A DNA stretch of 64,000 nucleotides, from assembly GCF_009914755.1 (NCBI RefSeq), contig NC_060932.1. One strand, given 5' to 3'. Below the pieces are notes generated by a model. The model made no database searches. It was given only the letters and a program-made list of their open reading frames with translations, and was not told the DNA's origin. How positions within the stretch are numbered: position 1 is the stretch's first letter; each line of letters opens with the position of its first letter. A program made the position numbers and the translations under genes. Shown one piece after another: positions 48,351 through 64,000 of this stretch. The DNA comes from the human T2T-CHM13v2.0 reference genome, Homo sapiens.

Positions 48351-48993
48351 GGCTGAAATTAATGCCAGATCTTGCTATCTGACCTGCCACTGATTGAAGT
48401 TTTAAATCAGAAATTGGTGAATACAGATAACCTTCAGAAAACTGGCACTCTCTTGACAGAAATGTTACTCTGGACTGTTTCCTTCATGCTTAAGAAAATA
48501 ACAAGGCCTTCCATTTCTGGACAAATGTACTCTTTGCCCATTCCTTCGTACATTCTATTACTACGTGGGGGACACTAAATTAGGTCTAGAGGGAAATGCA
48601 GAACAATACACTCGTTCTTTGTATCTCTGACTTTAAATCACTCCTATAGGAAAACCAAAACAAAAAAACTCCATAAACGTGAAAGGAACTCAGCTATAAG
48701 TTGGTGAAGTTGACACCTACAGGCCACCCACGTGGGTGACAGAGGGAGGTCAGAGGGCAATGCTCCAGGCGGACCTAATCGCCAGCGTCCAACAGATTGA
48801 CAACTACCAACGACTAATCTCACTGCTTCCTTCACTGAGTGCGAAGAGCGGGAAGCACAATCTCACTATACCAGTGAAGTCAACCCCTCCCCACCAGGCC
48901 AGCCCACAACTCCAGCTATCCAGCACCCCGCTCCAGATCCCAGAGCCTCCCCGGGCCCAAAGGACCCCGCCCTAAACCGCCGGCGCCGGACCC

Positions 48994-49018
48994 ACTACAA
49001 ATCCCAGCAGGCACCGCG
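48994..49018 (+). promoter_or_regulatory. ZNF143/THAP11 (ACTACA-SBS) motif
   Basis: ACTACAAATCCCAGCAGGCACCGCG matches the ACTACAnnTCCCA(G/T)nA(T/G)GC consensus. Confidence 0.75.
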
Positions 49019-49103
49019 CGCCCGCAACATGCCAGCCTACGCTTAGCCGCCGCTGGGCCTCCTGGGGCCTGTAGTCTCCACGCCCCCCGTCTCCGGTAAG
49101 TAC

Positions 49104-49256
49104 CTGAAAGCGATAAAGGAAGGCTTCGGGCCAGAGGAAGAGGTAGGCCGGGCTGATGAGGCCGAGTTTGCCGACCAAGGGCACGGCGACGGTGGCGGCG
49201 AACCAATAGCGCGTGATCGCCGGGATGCTCCTGAACCAGTCTCCGATGTCCGACAT
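49104..49256 (-). CDS. DERL1: Derlin-1 coding exon 1 (MSDIGDWF...FLYRFQ, 51 aa)
   Basis: ATG at 49256; translation matches the Derlin-1 N-terminus; donor CAG|GTACTT; 153 nt. Confidence 0.99.
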
Positions 49257-50138
49257 CTTCGACCCACAGGTAGCCAAGATGCACAAGACCGCCCGACTCC
49301 CCGTGCCGACCCCCTCACGACGCGGCCGGCTCCGCGACTGTTAGGTGTCTAGGTGGAAGCCGCCGAAGCCGCGATGCAGAAGGCGGAGACGGGCGGACGT
49401 GGCGCCACCGAATTCGGACCAGCGAGGCAGCCTTCTGAGGCGAAACTTCCCCTTCCGGCGACCGCGGACGACGTGACCAGAAGTCCCGCCGCTTAAAGGG
49501 TAAGCGCCGATTTTACCGCCCGGCCGAGGCTCGGCGTCCTGGGGGGCGGAGCCAGGTAGAGCGACTACACGACTGGTGGGAAAACAGTGGTTGCCTGGAT
49601 CAACGGCAAACGCTCCGGCCAGTGGCGAGGCCAAATGCCATTCACCTAGTTCTCAGAGTTTTAATGCGGCTGGGTCCACCTGGAGGGTATTTAAAGGGGA
49701 CGAAGGCAAACGAAGTGTCTAGTTCCTCGTCTGCTTACTCATTCCACAAGTGTTTGTTGGGCACAGTTCTAGACACTGGGCAGCTGCGGCTGTCAGCGCT
49801 GTCGTGGTACCCTCTCTCCTGATCTTAACATCCTCATTGGGATAATTTATAAACAAATAGATAATGAAGTAAGATAATCTCAGAGAGTGATTAGAAAAAT
49901 AGGAAAATGAAATGAGATGATGAGGTGGAGTGACGGGGTGGGGGTGCGGCAGTGTGAGGACAGATGGCTACCTTAGGTATGAACTGGGCCAGCCAGGCAA
50001 GAGATCTGGGGGAAGAATTTTCCATGCACAGAGAAAAGCCGCTCTAACTAGGTTGGAATGTTGGAGGAACTAAAAGCCAAAATGATCCATCTTGTCTAAT
50101 TCAACTTGTATAAGAAGGAATCTTTAAGAAAAGATACT

Positions 50139-50440
<302 letters not shown>

Positions 50441-50489
50441 GATACTGAGTAGAGTTTCCCGTTGTTTTGGGATTTGGGGCCAGCAGTTT

Positions 50490-50975
50490 AAGATTGCTAA
50501 AGTCTTCCAATAAAGAGCACCAGGAACAAACCTGTAGTCAACAAAGTTAGATTTATTAACTTGCTGCAGCAAGGGAGACTGCACTCCAGAGGAACCTCAA
50601 TGCCTCTCATCAAACGGAAGTGTCATTATTGGGTTATGGGAATGGGGGGATTTTTTGGTAAGAATTAACTGGAGCAGTGTTTGATAGACTCGAAGCAAAG
50701 CAGAGCTGTGTGCAGCATCAGGTTAACATCAGACCTGAGTAGGAAGCAGGCTCTTTCCTTGGAAATCTCAAAATTACGACAAATGTGAAACGTTGGGTCT
50801 GAAAACTCTATCTAAAGCTTTGTACCTGTATTGAAAATCCTGTGTCAAAGTGACCTGTATGGCTCAGATGCTCTGGACAAGAATGGGATGTTCCATTCAC
50901 ACGGAAAGGATGTCAGACAGCAGAGTTTCCAACATTCCATAATTTTAGAGAATATTTGTCAGCACCATATCCTTG
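50490..50975. mobile_element. Probable old ERV-type solo LTR
   Basis: GTAGTCAACAAAGTTAGATTTATT...GCAAGGGAGACTGCAC resembles ERVL-class LTRs (recall only). Confidence 0.35.
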
Positions 50976-51253
50976 ATGTTAATTAATAAAAACAGTTTTT
51001 TCATAACAAAAAGGCATTAAATATTCCACAGTGTAATGAGAGTATACAACATTTGGGAACCAATGGATAGCAAATCTACGAAGAACACAGCTGGTGGGAA
51101 TATAAATTGATACAGCCTTACAAAAAGATAATTTTGATATAAAAGCTAGATATTTATATAAATAACAGATAATACTTGACGATATTGCCTGAGGTTTATT
51201 CTGTTTATTTCCCTCTACTACCACCACCATTGTTTTGTACCCACTACTCATAA

Positions 51254-51695
<442 letters not shown>

Positions 51696-51848
51696 TGGCA
51701 GTGTTTATTTCTAAGTTGTGCTCTAGAATTCATAGTGAATGCTCTGGAATTCAACTTCGGCCTTTAGAAACACTGAAGTTTAAATCAGAGCAACGGTAGG
51801 CCAGGTATGTCTGGTCTTTTCTTGTAACTTTACATTCAAAGGCTTTCT

Positions 51849-51943
51849 GGCTGGTCCGATGGTAGTGATTTATCAGAACTTATTAACATTAGTGTCACTA
51901 AAGTTGGTATACAACCCCCCACTGCTAAATTTGACTGGCTTTT
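51849..51943 (+). pseudogene. Processed Y4 RNA (RNY4) retrocopy
   Basis: GGCTGGTCCGATGGTAGTG...TTTGACTGGCTTTT matches recalled hY4 except GG>AT at 51868-51869; AT tail; TSD AAAGGCTTTCT at 51838-51848 and 52032-52042. Confidence 0.95.
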
Positions 51944-52443
51944 AAAAATATTTATTATTTTTAAATAATATTGAATATTTATTAAATTTATTATTAATTT
52001 ATTAATAATATTATTTAAATAATTATTTTTTAAAGGCTTTCTCTTTCTACAAAGTCTTAATAATCATTTTAATGACTAATATTCTACTAGTGATGTGGCA
52101 GAATCTTTTGACCATTTTCCTATTTCTGATACCTGTTTTTAAATACTATATATAGTTCTATAATGAATACCTTTATGCATATACATTTTATACTAATAGC
52201 TAACTTTTTTATTTACTAATATCTAACATTTGCTGAGTGTCTACAGTTTGATTGGCACTCAGCTATGCCCTTTATGGGCATGGTTTTAATTAGTCTTTAC
52301 AACAATGCTTCAACCCTATGAAGTACTTTTATTTCCATTTACAAATGAAGAAACAGCCTTAGAGAAGTTAAGTAACTTGGCACTTGCCGGCAGGTGCATA
52401 TATAAAACTTCAACCCAGATCTATTTAAAGCCAAAGGTGGTGC

Positions 52444-52758
52444 TTTTTTTTTTCTTTTTTTTTCTTGAGACAGCGTCTCCCTCTCGCTTCTGTCACCCAG
52501 GCTGGAGTGCCAGTGGCGCAATCTCGGCTCACTGCAAACTCCGCCTCCTGGGTTCAAGCAATCCTCCTGCCTCAGCCTGCCAAGTAGCCAGAATTACAGG
52601 TGTCCACCACCATGCCTGGCTACTTTTTTGTATTTTTAGTAGAGACAGGGTTTCGCTATGTTGGCCAGGCTGGTTCCAAACCCCTGGCCTCAAGTGATCC
52701 ACACACCTCGGCCTCCCAAAGCGCTGGGACTACAGGCATGAGCCACCACGCCCAGCCC
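52444..52758 (-). mobile_element. AluS
   Basis: TSD CAAAGGTGGTGCT. Confidence 0.93.
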
Positions 52759-52930
52759 AAAGGTGGTGCTCTTTCATTCATTTATTCAGCAATGCTTTTG
52801 TCCAGTGCTTGTTATATACCAATAACAGTTCTAAACAGTGAACTAAACTGACAATTATCTCCACCCTCTTGGAACTTACATTCTAGAGGAGGCAGAAAGA
52901 CAACAGAAAGAGATAAAAGTAAGATGTACA

Positions 52931-53350
<420 letters not shown>

Positions 53351-53690
53351 TCAGGGTGGTGAAAGAGCAAGCAGTGTGGAGATCTGGAGGAAGAACAGTT
53401 CAGATAGAAGGAATGGCAAAGACCTTGAGGTGGGAATGTGGCTGGCATGGAGACCTTAAACACGAAGACCCATGTGGCTGAGTGGAGCGAGAGTGGGGAT
53501 GGAGGGTCAAGAGACAAAGGAAGGAGAGAGTCACTGGAATCATGGAGGACACTGTAGGTTATGGAAAGGACCTTGTATTTTACTGTTCTTACCCACTAGG
53601 CCACACTGCCTCTCGATCCTTTTGTTGAACTGATTTCCAGGAGTAGGATTTAAAATAAAAAGATATTAACAGCTCAATGACTTTTCCTCC

Positions 53691-54176
53691 CAGAGGTGGT
53701 GTGATTGTGAACCTAATCAAACTTAGGCTACAGGACCCCTCACTTGCACAGGCCTTTCCAAGGCTCTGTGCAAAACTTTGTAAATTTTTTTTTTTTTTGA
53801 GACAGAGTTTTCACTCTCTTGCCCAGGTTGCCCAGGCTGGCATGCAGTGGTGTGATCTCGGCTCACTGCAACTTCTGCCTTCTGGGTTCAAGCGACGCGC
53901 GTGCTTCAGTCTCCCAAGTAGCTACGATTACAGGCACCTGCAACCATGCCCAGCTAATTTTTATATTTTTAGTAGAGATGGGTTTCACCATGTTGACCAG
54001 GCTGCTCTCGAACTCCTGACCTCAAGTGACCTCCCCCCCTCGGCCTCCCAAAGTACTGGGGTTACAAACATAAGCCACCATGCCCAGCCCTGTATTCATA
54101 ATTTTATATGATGTTTCTTGAAGTAGGTCCTCCAAACTGTATAAACTTTAGGCCCAAAAAAATCCAGATCTGCCCA
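53691..54176. mobile_element. MER53-like hAT MITE split by an Alu
   Basis: CCCCTCACTTGCACAGGCC...AAACTTTAGGCCC...AGATCTGCCC resembles the recalled MER53 consensus. Confidence 0.5.
53785..54090 (-). mobile_element. AluS
   Basis: Alu consensus. Confidence 0.92.
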
Positions 54177-54205
54177 CGTACTTCATATTGCCATCTTGCT
54201 TTTCA

Positions 54206-54569
<364 letters not shown>

Positions 54570-54699
54570 TCAAGTCAAAGCCCTTCCCTCCCCTTCCTCT
54601 TTCTTTCTCTCTGAAAACAGTCAGATGCCCCAAGAGAATGGCATTCCAGAATCCTATGACTATAGCTTTACAACACCAATGAGTTATGTTACATATATA

Positions 54700-54701
<2 letters not shown>

Positions 54702-54744
<43 letters not shown>
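54702..54744. repeat. (TA)~21 microsatellite
   Basis: Uninterrupted TA run. Confidence 0.97.
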
Positions 54745-54747
<3 letters not shown>

Positions 54748-54771
54748 TGCTTTCACCAAAAACAGGAAGAG

Positions 54772-54998
54772 CCAACCTGCATAATATAGCAAGACCCCAT
54801 CTCTACAAAAAAAGAATTTTTTTTAATTAGCAAGCATTATGGTATGTGCCTATAGTCCCAGCTACTTGGGAGGCTGAAGTGGGAGGATCACCTGAGCCCA
54901 GGAGGTCGAGGCTGCAGCAAGCCATGATCACAACACTGCACTCCAGCCTTAGCAACAGAGCAAGACTCTGTCTCTAGAGAAAAACCAAACAAAACAAG
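54772..54998 (+). mobile_element. 5'-truncated AluJ
   Basis: Linker plus right arm. Confidence 0.85.
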
Positions 54999-55389
54999 AA
55001 GAGGGTCTCAGATCGTGCCCTCTAGAATGTGAGCTCCATGAGGACAGGGACTTTGTTTTGATCACTTTTGTGTCCCCAGTGCCTAGAACTGTGCCCGGTA
55101 CATAGTAGGTGCTCAATAAAGGCTTGTTCACTGCAATGAATTATGATTCATCCTAGAACTTTTCCCTACCCTTATCCCAGTCACCACCACCCAGGCTAGG
55201 TTAAATACCCACCACCAACTTCCTCTGTACTCCTAGAATACCCTGCACAAATCACCATCATTGCACTTAGAACATAGTTTGATAACTGTTTGTGTGTGTG
55301 GTAGCTGTCTCCTCCTCTAGAGTATAAGTTCCGCCCAGGTAGAGCCTGGATTTTATGGCTCCTCACACAAGACTAAATAGATTTCGTGA

Positions 55390-55795
<406 letters not shown>

Positions 55796-56539
55796 TCCTC
55801 AGTGCCTGGACTTCTGCAGTGGACTTCCAATTGGTATCCCTGCTTCCGTTGCACCCCTCTGCAGTCTGCAATCCCACAGGAGCCTAAATGAGACCCTGTC
55901 ACTCTCTTGCTCAAAGCCACATTGCATTTTATTCTAGCTAGAGTGGAAAGCATGATGCAAGGTCCTTACCATGACCTTCCAGGCCCTATATGATGTGAAC
56001 CTTGGCAATTTCTGTGACCTCTCACTTTTCCCTTGTCACTCTGCTCCAGCCTCAATACCTTCCCTGCATTGGACAGTTCAAGGCATTCATGTGATTGCTG
56101 TACCTTTAGCCTGGAACACACTTCCCCCAGAGGAGTGGTCCTCAACCCTATGAGGCCAAATGCTGTCTTTTAAAATATTTGCTATCCCAATGCCACAATG
56201 AAAACCATAGGTTATAAATTACAACTCCAATAAAATAAATATAATGCCCTAATTGTGATATAATGAGAAAAAAAGGAAACCAACTTCTACTATAATATAG
56301 ATTTTAATGTTAATGATCAGGCACAACTATATTAGCAAACGTCATGAAAACGTCTGGTACTTGCAGTTATAGATTTATGGCGAGTTGAGAGCTATAAATG
56401 CAGACAGATATCCATGTGTTGTATTTGTGGCTCAAACACCACCAGCTGAATCGATTGGCATTGGTTACATGACTGTCCACAATGGTGGACAGCCCTTGGA
56501 AAAATTCTGAATATAATAGAGTGCATAAAAATTCAAATG

Positions 56540-57100
56540 TGATAAAAGACAGATTCAATGATATAAAAATAAAATGTGTTTGCATGACAAAAAATCACGT
56601 AGAGGTAAATGACTAAGTGGGAGAAATTATTTCCAAGATATATCATAGATAAAAGGCTAAAATAACCAAGTATATAAGAACTTGTAAAAAATGAGGGGGA
56701 GAAAGACCAAAAACCTGACAGAAAAACAGATAAAACACACAAACAGATAATTCACAAAAAAATTAAATTACCTTAAAACATTAAAAGATACTCAATTTTC
56801 TCATAATATGAGAAATGCAAATTAAAATCATACCGAGATACCATTTCTCACCTATCAGATTGGCAAAAAATAGTACAATAGGAAATATTGTATAACAATA
56901 GAAACAATGTATACATTTACTCTTTAACTCGACAATGGCAATTTTAGTAGTTTACCTTGAAGATAAACTTGTAACAGCATAAAATATTGTACAAAAAATG
57001 TCAGATACCCTAGTAAGTGAAGAAAGTAAAGTGCAAAATAGTATATAATATGTTACTTTTCATGTAAGAAAGAAGAGGAAATAAGAATACACACACAAGT
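56540..57100 (+). mobile_element. L1M fragment
   Basis: GAAATGCAAATTAAA...GAGATACCATTTCTCACCTATCAGATTGGC. Confidence 0.7.
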
Positions 57101-57113
57101 AAAAAAGAATTAA

Positions 57114-57181
57114 ATCGCGCCACTGCACTCCAGCCTGGGCGACAGAGAGAGACTCCGTCTCAAAAAAAAAAAAAAAAAAAA
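57114..57181 (+). mobile_element. Tiny 5'-truncated young Alu insertion
   Basis: Last ~47 nt of Alu + A20; TSD AAAAAAGAATTAAA. Confidence 0.9.
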
Positions 57182-57190
57182 GAATTAAAA

Positions 57191-57490
57191 AGCTGGGTGT
57201 GGTGGCTCAGTACCTTTAATCCTAGCACTTTGGGAGGCCAAGGCAGGGGCATAACTTGAGGCCAGAAGTTTGGGACCAGCCTGGGTAACATAGCAAGACC
57301 CCGTCTCTACAAACATAAAAATTAAAAAATCAGCCAGGTTTGGTGGCACCCACCTCTATTCCCGGCTACTCGGGAGGCTGAAGTGGGAGAATCACTTGAG
57401 CCAGGAAGTGGAGGCTGCAGTGAGCTATTATTGTGCCACTGGACTCCAGCCTGGGCAACAGAGTAAGTTCCCATCTCTAAAAAGAAAAAA
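57191..57490 (+). mobile_element. AluJ-like
   Basis: Alu consensus. Confidence 0.9.
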
Positions 57491-57976
57491 GTGAAAGGGA
57501 AAAATAGTACAGTCTTTCTCGATGAAAACAGTAGAATAGTTAAAAACAAAGAAAGAAAGAATATAGTAGAAGAGTGGTTGCATTTCAGGAAAATTTAGTG
57601 TATACTGAATCCCTATAAATATTCTTTATGTTTATATGTAAAACAGAGTTAGTTCTAGGTTCAGATATTACAAACAGGGTTTTTACTTACAGCAGTATCT
57701 TAGGAATTGACAAATGGGTGTGGGCCATCTTGCACATTGTGGAATGTCTTCCTAGCACCCCTGGCCCCTGCCCTACATGGCTGCATGTCCCCTAGTTATT
57801 GTGATAACTCAAAACAACACTGTTGCAAGTTGGATTGTGTTCCTCCAAAAGGTATGTTGAAGCCCTAGCACCCAGTACCTGTGAATGTCACATTTGGAAA
57901 TAGAGTCTTTGCAGATGTAATCAGGTTAAGCTGAATCATACTGAATCAGGATGAGGCCAAATCCAATGACTGGTGT

Positions 57977-58684
<708 letters not shown>

Positions 58685-58818
58685 TAGAGTAACACATCTA
58701 CAAACCAAGGAATGCCAAGGATCGCCAGCAACCTCTAGAAACTAGGAGGAGGGCATGGAACAGACTCCCCTTCAGTGCCTCCAGTAGGAACCAGCCCTGT
58801 CAATACCTTGACTTAGGA

Positions 58819-59130
58819 TTTTTTTTTTTGTGACACAGTCTCGCTCTGTTGCCCAGGCTGGAGTGCAGTGGCACGATCTCTGCTCACTGCAACCTCTGCC
58901 TCCCAGTTCTCCCAGGAGAACAGAGGCAGTTCTCCTGCCTCAGCCTCCTGAGTAGCTAGGATTACAGGTGAGCCTCACCACACCTGGCTAAGTTTTGAAT
59001 TTTTTTAGTAGAGACAGGGTTTTGCCATGTTGGCCAAGTTGGTCTCGAACTCCTGACCTCAAGTAATCTGCCTGACTTGGCCTTCCAAAGTGCTGGGATT
59101 ACAGGTGTGATCCCAGCCAACATGCCCAGT
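58819..59130 (-). mobile_element. AluS with an internal inverted insertion
   Basis: TSD CTTGACTTAGGA. Confidence 0.92.
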
Positions 59131-59217
59131 CTTGACTTAGGACTTCTGGCCTCCAGATATGTGAAAGAATAAATTTCTGTTCTTTTAAACCAAACCTCCA
59201 CACAGTATAGTGCATTA

Positions 59218-59430
<213 letters not shown>

Positions 59431-59685
59431 TTAGACAACACCCTTCAGTGGTACATTCCCTGAACACTTTAATCAAAATACCATCCCATGCTATCAGTCT
59501 CATCCCTTTATTCTGCTTAAATGTTTCCTCACTTTTCATTACCCAACATACCATTTATTTATTTTCTTATTTGTTCATTGTCTGTCTCCCCAGCTAGAAT
59601 GCAAGCTGCATGCAAGCACGACTTGGTTTTGTTCACTGCTGTAGCCCCCCCACCCAGAGCAGCTCTTGCGCACAGTAGGAGCTCA

Positions 59686-60439
<754 letters not shown>

Positions 60440-60759
60440 TCAGAGGAAAAACAAAATAATTTGAGATGTCTCAGTAAAAGTTGAATGTGCAACCCCTTTT
60501 AGTCACAGAATATTATTGCTGCCATTGCAAACGTGATGTGCAAACATGCATATGCTTGACTGGCAAGGCATTTGAGCCAAAAATGCTACATCTGTCATAT
60601 TTGTTTGAAGCCAAGCCAAATAGGCTGAACACACATTTAGAGAGCGCTAAGAGAATTTTATACCTTGTACTTGCTGTCAAAAGCAGCAGGGGAAAATGTG
60701 TTGAAAAGAGAAAGTGTACATACTAAACAGCCAAAATGGTGCATGTGTCAGGTTACATG

Positions 60760-61272
<513 letters not shown>

Positions 61273-61689
61273 TAGATGCCAACAGCATGTGAAGAAGCTC
61301 AAGCTAGACTACTGAATGATAAGAGGTCATGTGGAGAGAGGCCCTGATGGATGAGAAGCCATCTTGGATGTTCTACCCCAGCTGAGCTTCAGCTGAATGC
61401 AACCATGAGAGGCCTTGGCTGTACCATGCAGGGCTGAAGAACTGTTCAGCTGAGCCCAGTCAACTCACAGAATTGTAAAAAAAAAAAAAAAGGAAATCAC
61501 GGTTGTTTTAAGCCAGTAAGTTTTGAGCTGGTTTGTTGCACAGCAATAAACAACTAAAGTATTATCAAATGTCTAAGTTGATAAAGTTGAATGCACTGTT
61601 GTAGCCAGCTCACACCAGCTACTGGAGCCAAATGTTGAATTTTCTGAGTCAATTATTAAACACAGCTGTTATTAAAAATTAAATTAGAG

Positions 61690-62125
61690 AACAATTCGCA
61701 ATTGCAAAAATGTAGAACTAGCCTAAATGTCTATCAATCAATAGGTAGATAAAGAAACTGTGGCATATATATATACGATGGAATACGACTCAGCCATAAA
61801 AAAGGAATTAATTAATGGCATTCACAACAACTTGGATGGAGTTGGAGACCATTATTCTAAGTGAAGTAACTCAGGAATATGTTACTCGTATGTTCTCACT
61901 CATAAGCAGGAGCTAAGCTATGAGGATGCAAAGGCATAAGAAGGATACAAAGGACTTTGAGGACTTGGGGGGAAGGGTGGGAAGGGGGTGAGGGATAAAA
62001 GACTACAAATTGGGTGCAGTGTATACTGCTTGGGTGGTGGGTGCACACAAATCACCAATAAAGAACTTACTCATAATCAATACCACTTATACCCCAAAAA
62101 ACCTATGGAAACAAAAAATTTAAAA
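61690..62125 (+). mobile_element. L1 (PB/MA) 3' end fragment
   Basis: GATAAAGAAACTGTGG...GAGACCATTATTCTAAGTGAAGTAACTCAGGA. Confidence 0.85.
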
Positions 62126-62147
62126 TTATATTTTTCTAATTAAATTA

Positions 62148-62305
62148 GGCTGGGTGCAATGGCTCATGCCTGTAATTCCAGCATTTTGGGAGGCCGAGGC
62201 AGGAGGAACACTTGAGCCTAAGAGTTTGAGGCTGCAGTGAGCTATGATCACACCACTGCTCTCCAGCCTGGACAATGAAGAGAGACCCTGTCCCTAAAAA
62301 CAAAA
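62148..62305 (+). mobile_element. Alu monomer
   Basis: Monomeric Alu consensus. Confidence 0.82.
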
Positions 62306-62309
62306 TTAA

Positions 62310-62705
<396 letters not shown>

Positions 62706-63365
62706 TAATTATAATGCTGTATTTTACTATTATCTATGCTCTTGAAGTTATTTATGTCTACTGTGTCTGTACAGTAAACATACTATATAATAGTGTACTG
62801 TTGCTTACCTCTGTCCAACTCTGCATTCAGTGATATTACATTGATAGCCTGAAATTGGCCATCACAGGAGTATTTCCACCACAGAAATTGCCAAATGTTA
62901 CATACCAGAACTCTTTTTGTCCAGAGAGGCGGCGGTCATTAAACATTTATAGCACATCACTGGTACCCGCCTGGCAGGGCTTTAATAATAGCTAGCACCC
63001 ATTGAGGACTTCTGTTTGCCTGATGCTGTTTAAACTTTTTGCAACTCTATGAGGTGAGTCCTATTATGATACTGATTTTACAGATGAAGAAATCAAGAAA
63101 CAGAGAAGTTAAATACTTTGTCCAAGGTTATAGTACTATTACAGTAAGCAATGGAGTGGAACTCAGGTGTCTGGGTTTCATGCCTTTAAGTATACTACGC
63201 ATATTTTCCCAACCATTACTCAGGGACAAGATCTAATAAATGCAAATGTATTTAGTGGGGAGAACAGAACAGAAAACATGAAATTGGAACTCTATGTTCA
63301 CAGTACCTATGAGTTAGAGGTTTTAATATAATGCTAAATTCAAGTAGGACCTTCTACGGGATTTA

Positions 63366-63819
<454 letters not shown>

Positions 63820-64000
63820 TTAAGCTGCTGGGCCCAACTGCTGGGCCTGATTTCACTAACAGACAGTACTCTTCCAAAGTCTATAGAATAAATCAGTGAT
63901 CTATTGTGCTTATCCTCTTATCTTTTTCTTTTCTCACATGGAAAGTTGCTTGCAGTATTTATCAAACCCATCAATATAATAAAAACAAAAACACTTGGAA

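Larger units (their letters stand above)
48930..49640 (-). promoter_or_regulatory. DERL1: CpG-island promoter / 5'UTR of DERL1
   Basis: Only CpG-dense region of the window; GC boxes (GGGCGG), ETS CCGGAAG 49452-49458, GACGTGGC 49396-49403; no TATA. Confidence 0.92.

Noticed and set aside
49257-49286. N-terminal extension MCILATCGSK on DERL1
   Set aside because: ORF caller started at a TTG; the first ATG is 49256 and there is no evidence for non-AUG initiation
48916-49634. Other ORFs across the CpG island
   Set aside because: GC-rich, stop-poor alternative frames that run through the splice donor
61941-61948. Another GTATCCTT on the minus strand
   Set aside because: Inside an L1 fragment outside the DERL1 transcript; shows the 8-mer occurs by chance

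Overview
Repeat-rich primate (most likely human; from recall chr8q24.13) genomic DNA. The only protein-coding gene is DERL1 (Derlin-1, ERAD rhomboid pseudoprotease), complete on the minus strand. It has 8 coding exons (49256 to 22585; 756 nt, 251 aa), a CpG-island promoter at about 48.9-49.6 kb and a ~2.1 kb 3'UTR with three poly(A) signals. Intron 3 is a U12 (minor-spliceosome) intron that precedes a 27-nt microexon. A near-perfect retrotransposed Y4 RNA copy with target-site duplications (TSDs) lies ~2.4 kb upstream of the promoter. The rest is ~45 Alus, L1/L2/MIR fragments, MaLR LTRs, DNA-transposon relics and simple repeats; nearly all other ORFs in the track are repeat-derived artefacts. 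I see no evidence of a wholly new gene system. The best new leads are post-transcriptional: a UG-rich candidate cryptic exon in intron 2 (99-nt in-frame or 61-nt poison form), extra U11-type donor motifs in U2 introns, and poly(A)-site-gated miRNA sites. Repeat boundaries are approximate (about +/-10-20 nt) and subfamily names come from recalled consensus sequences, not a search.
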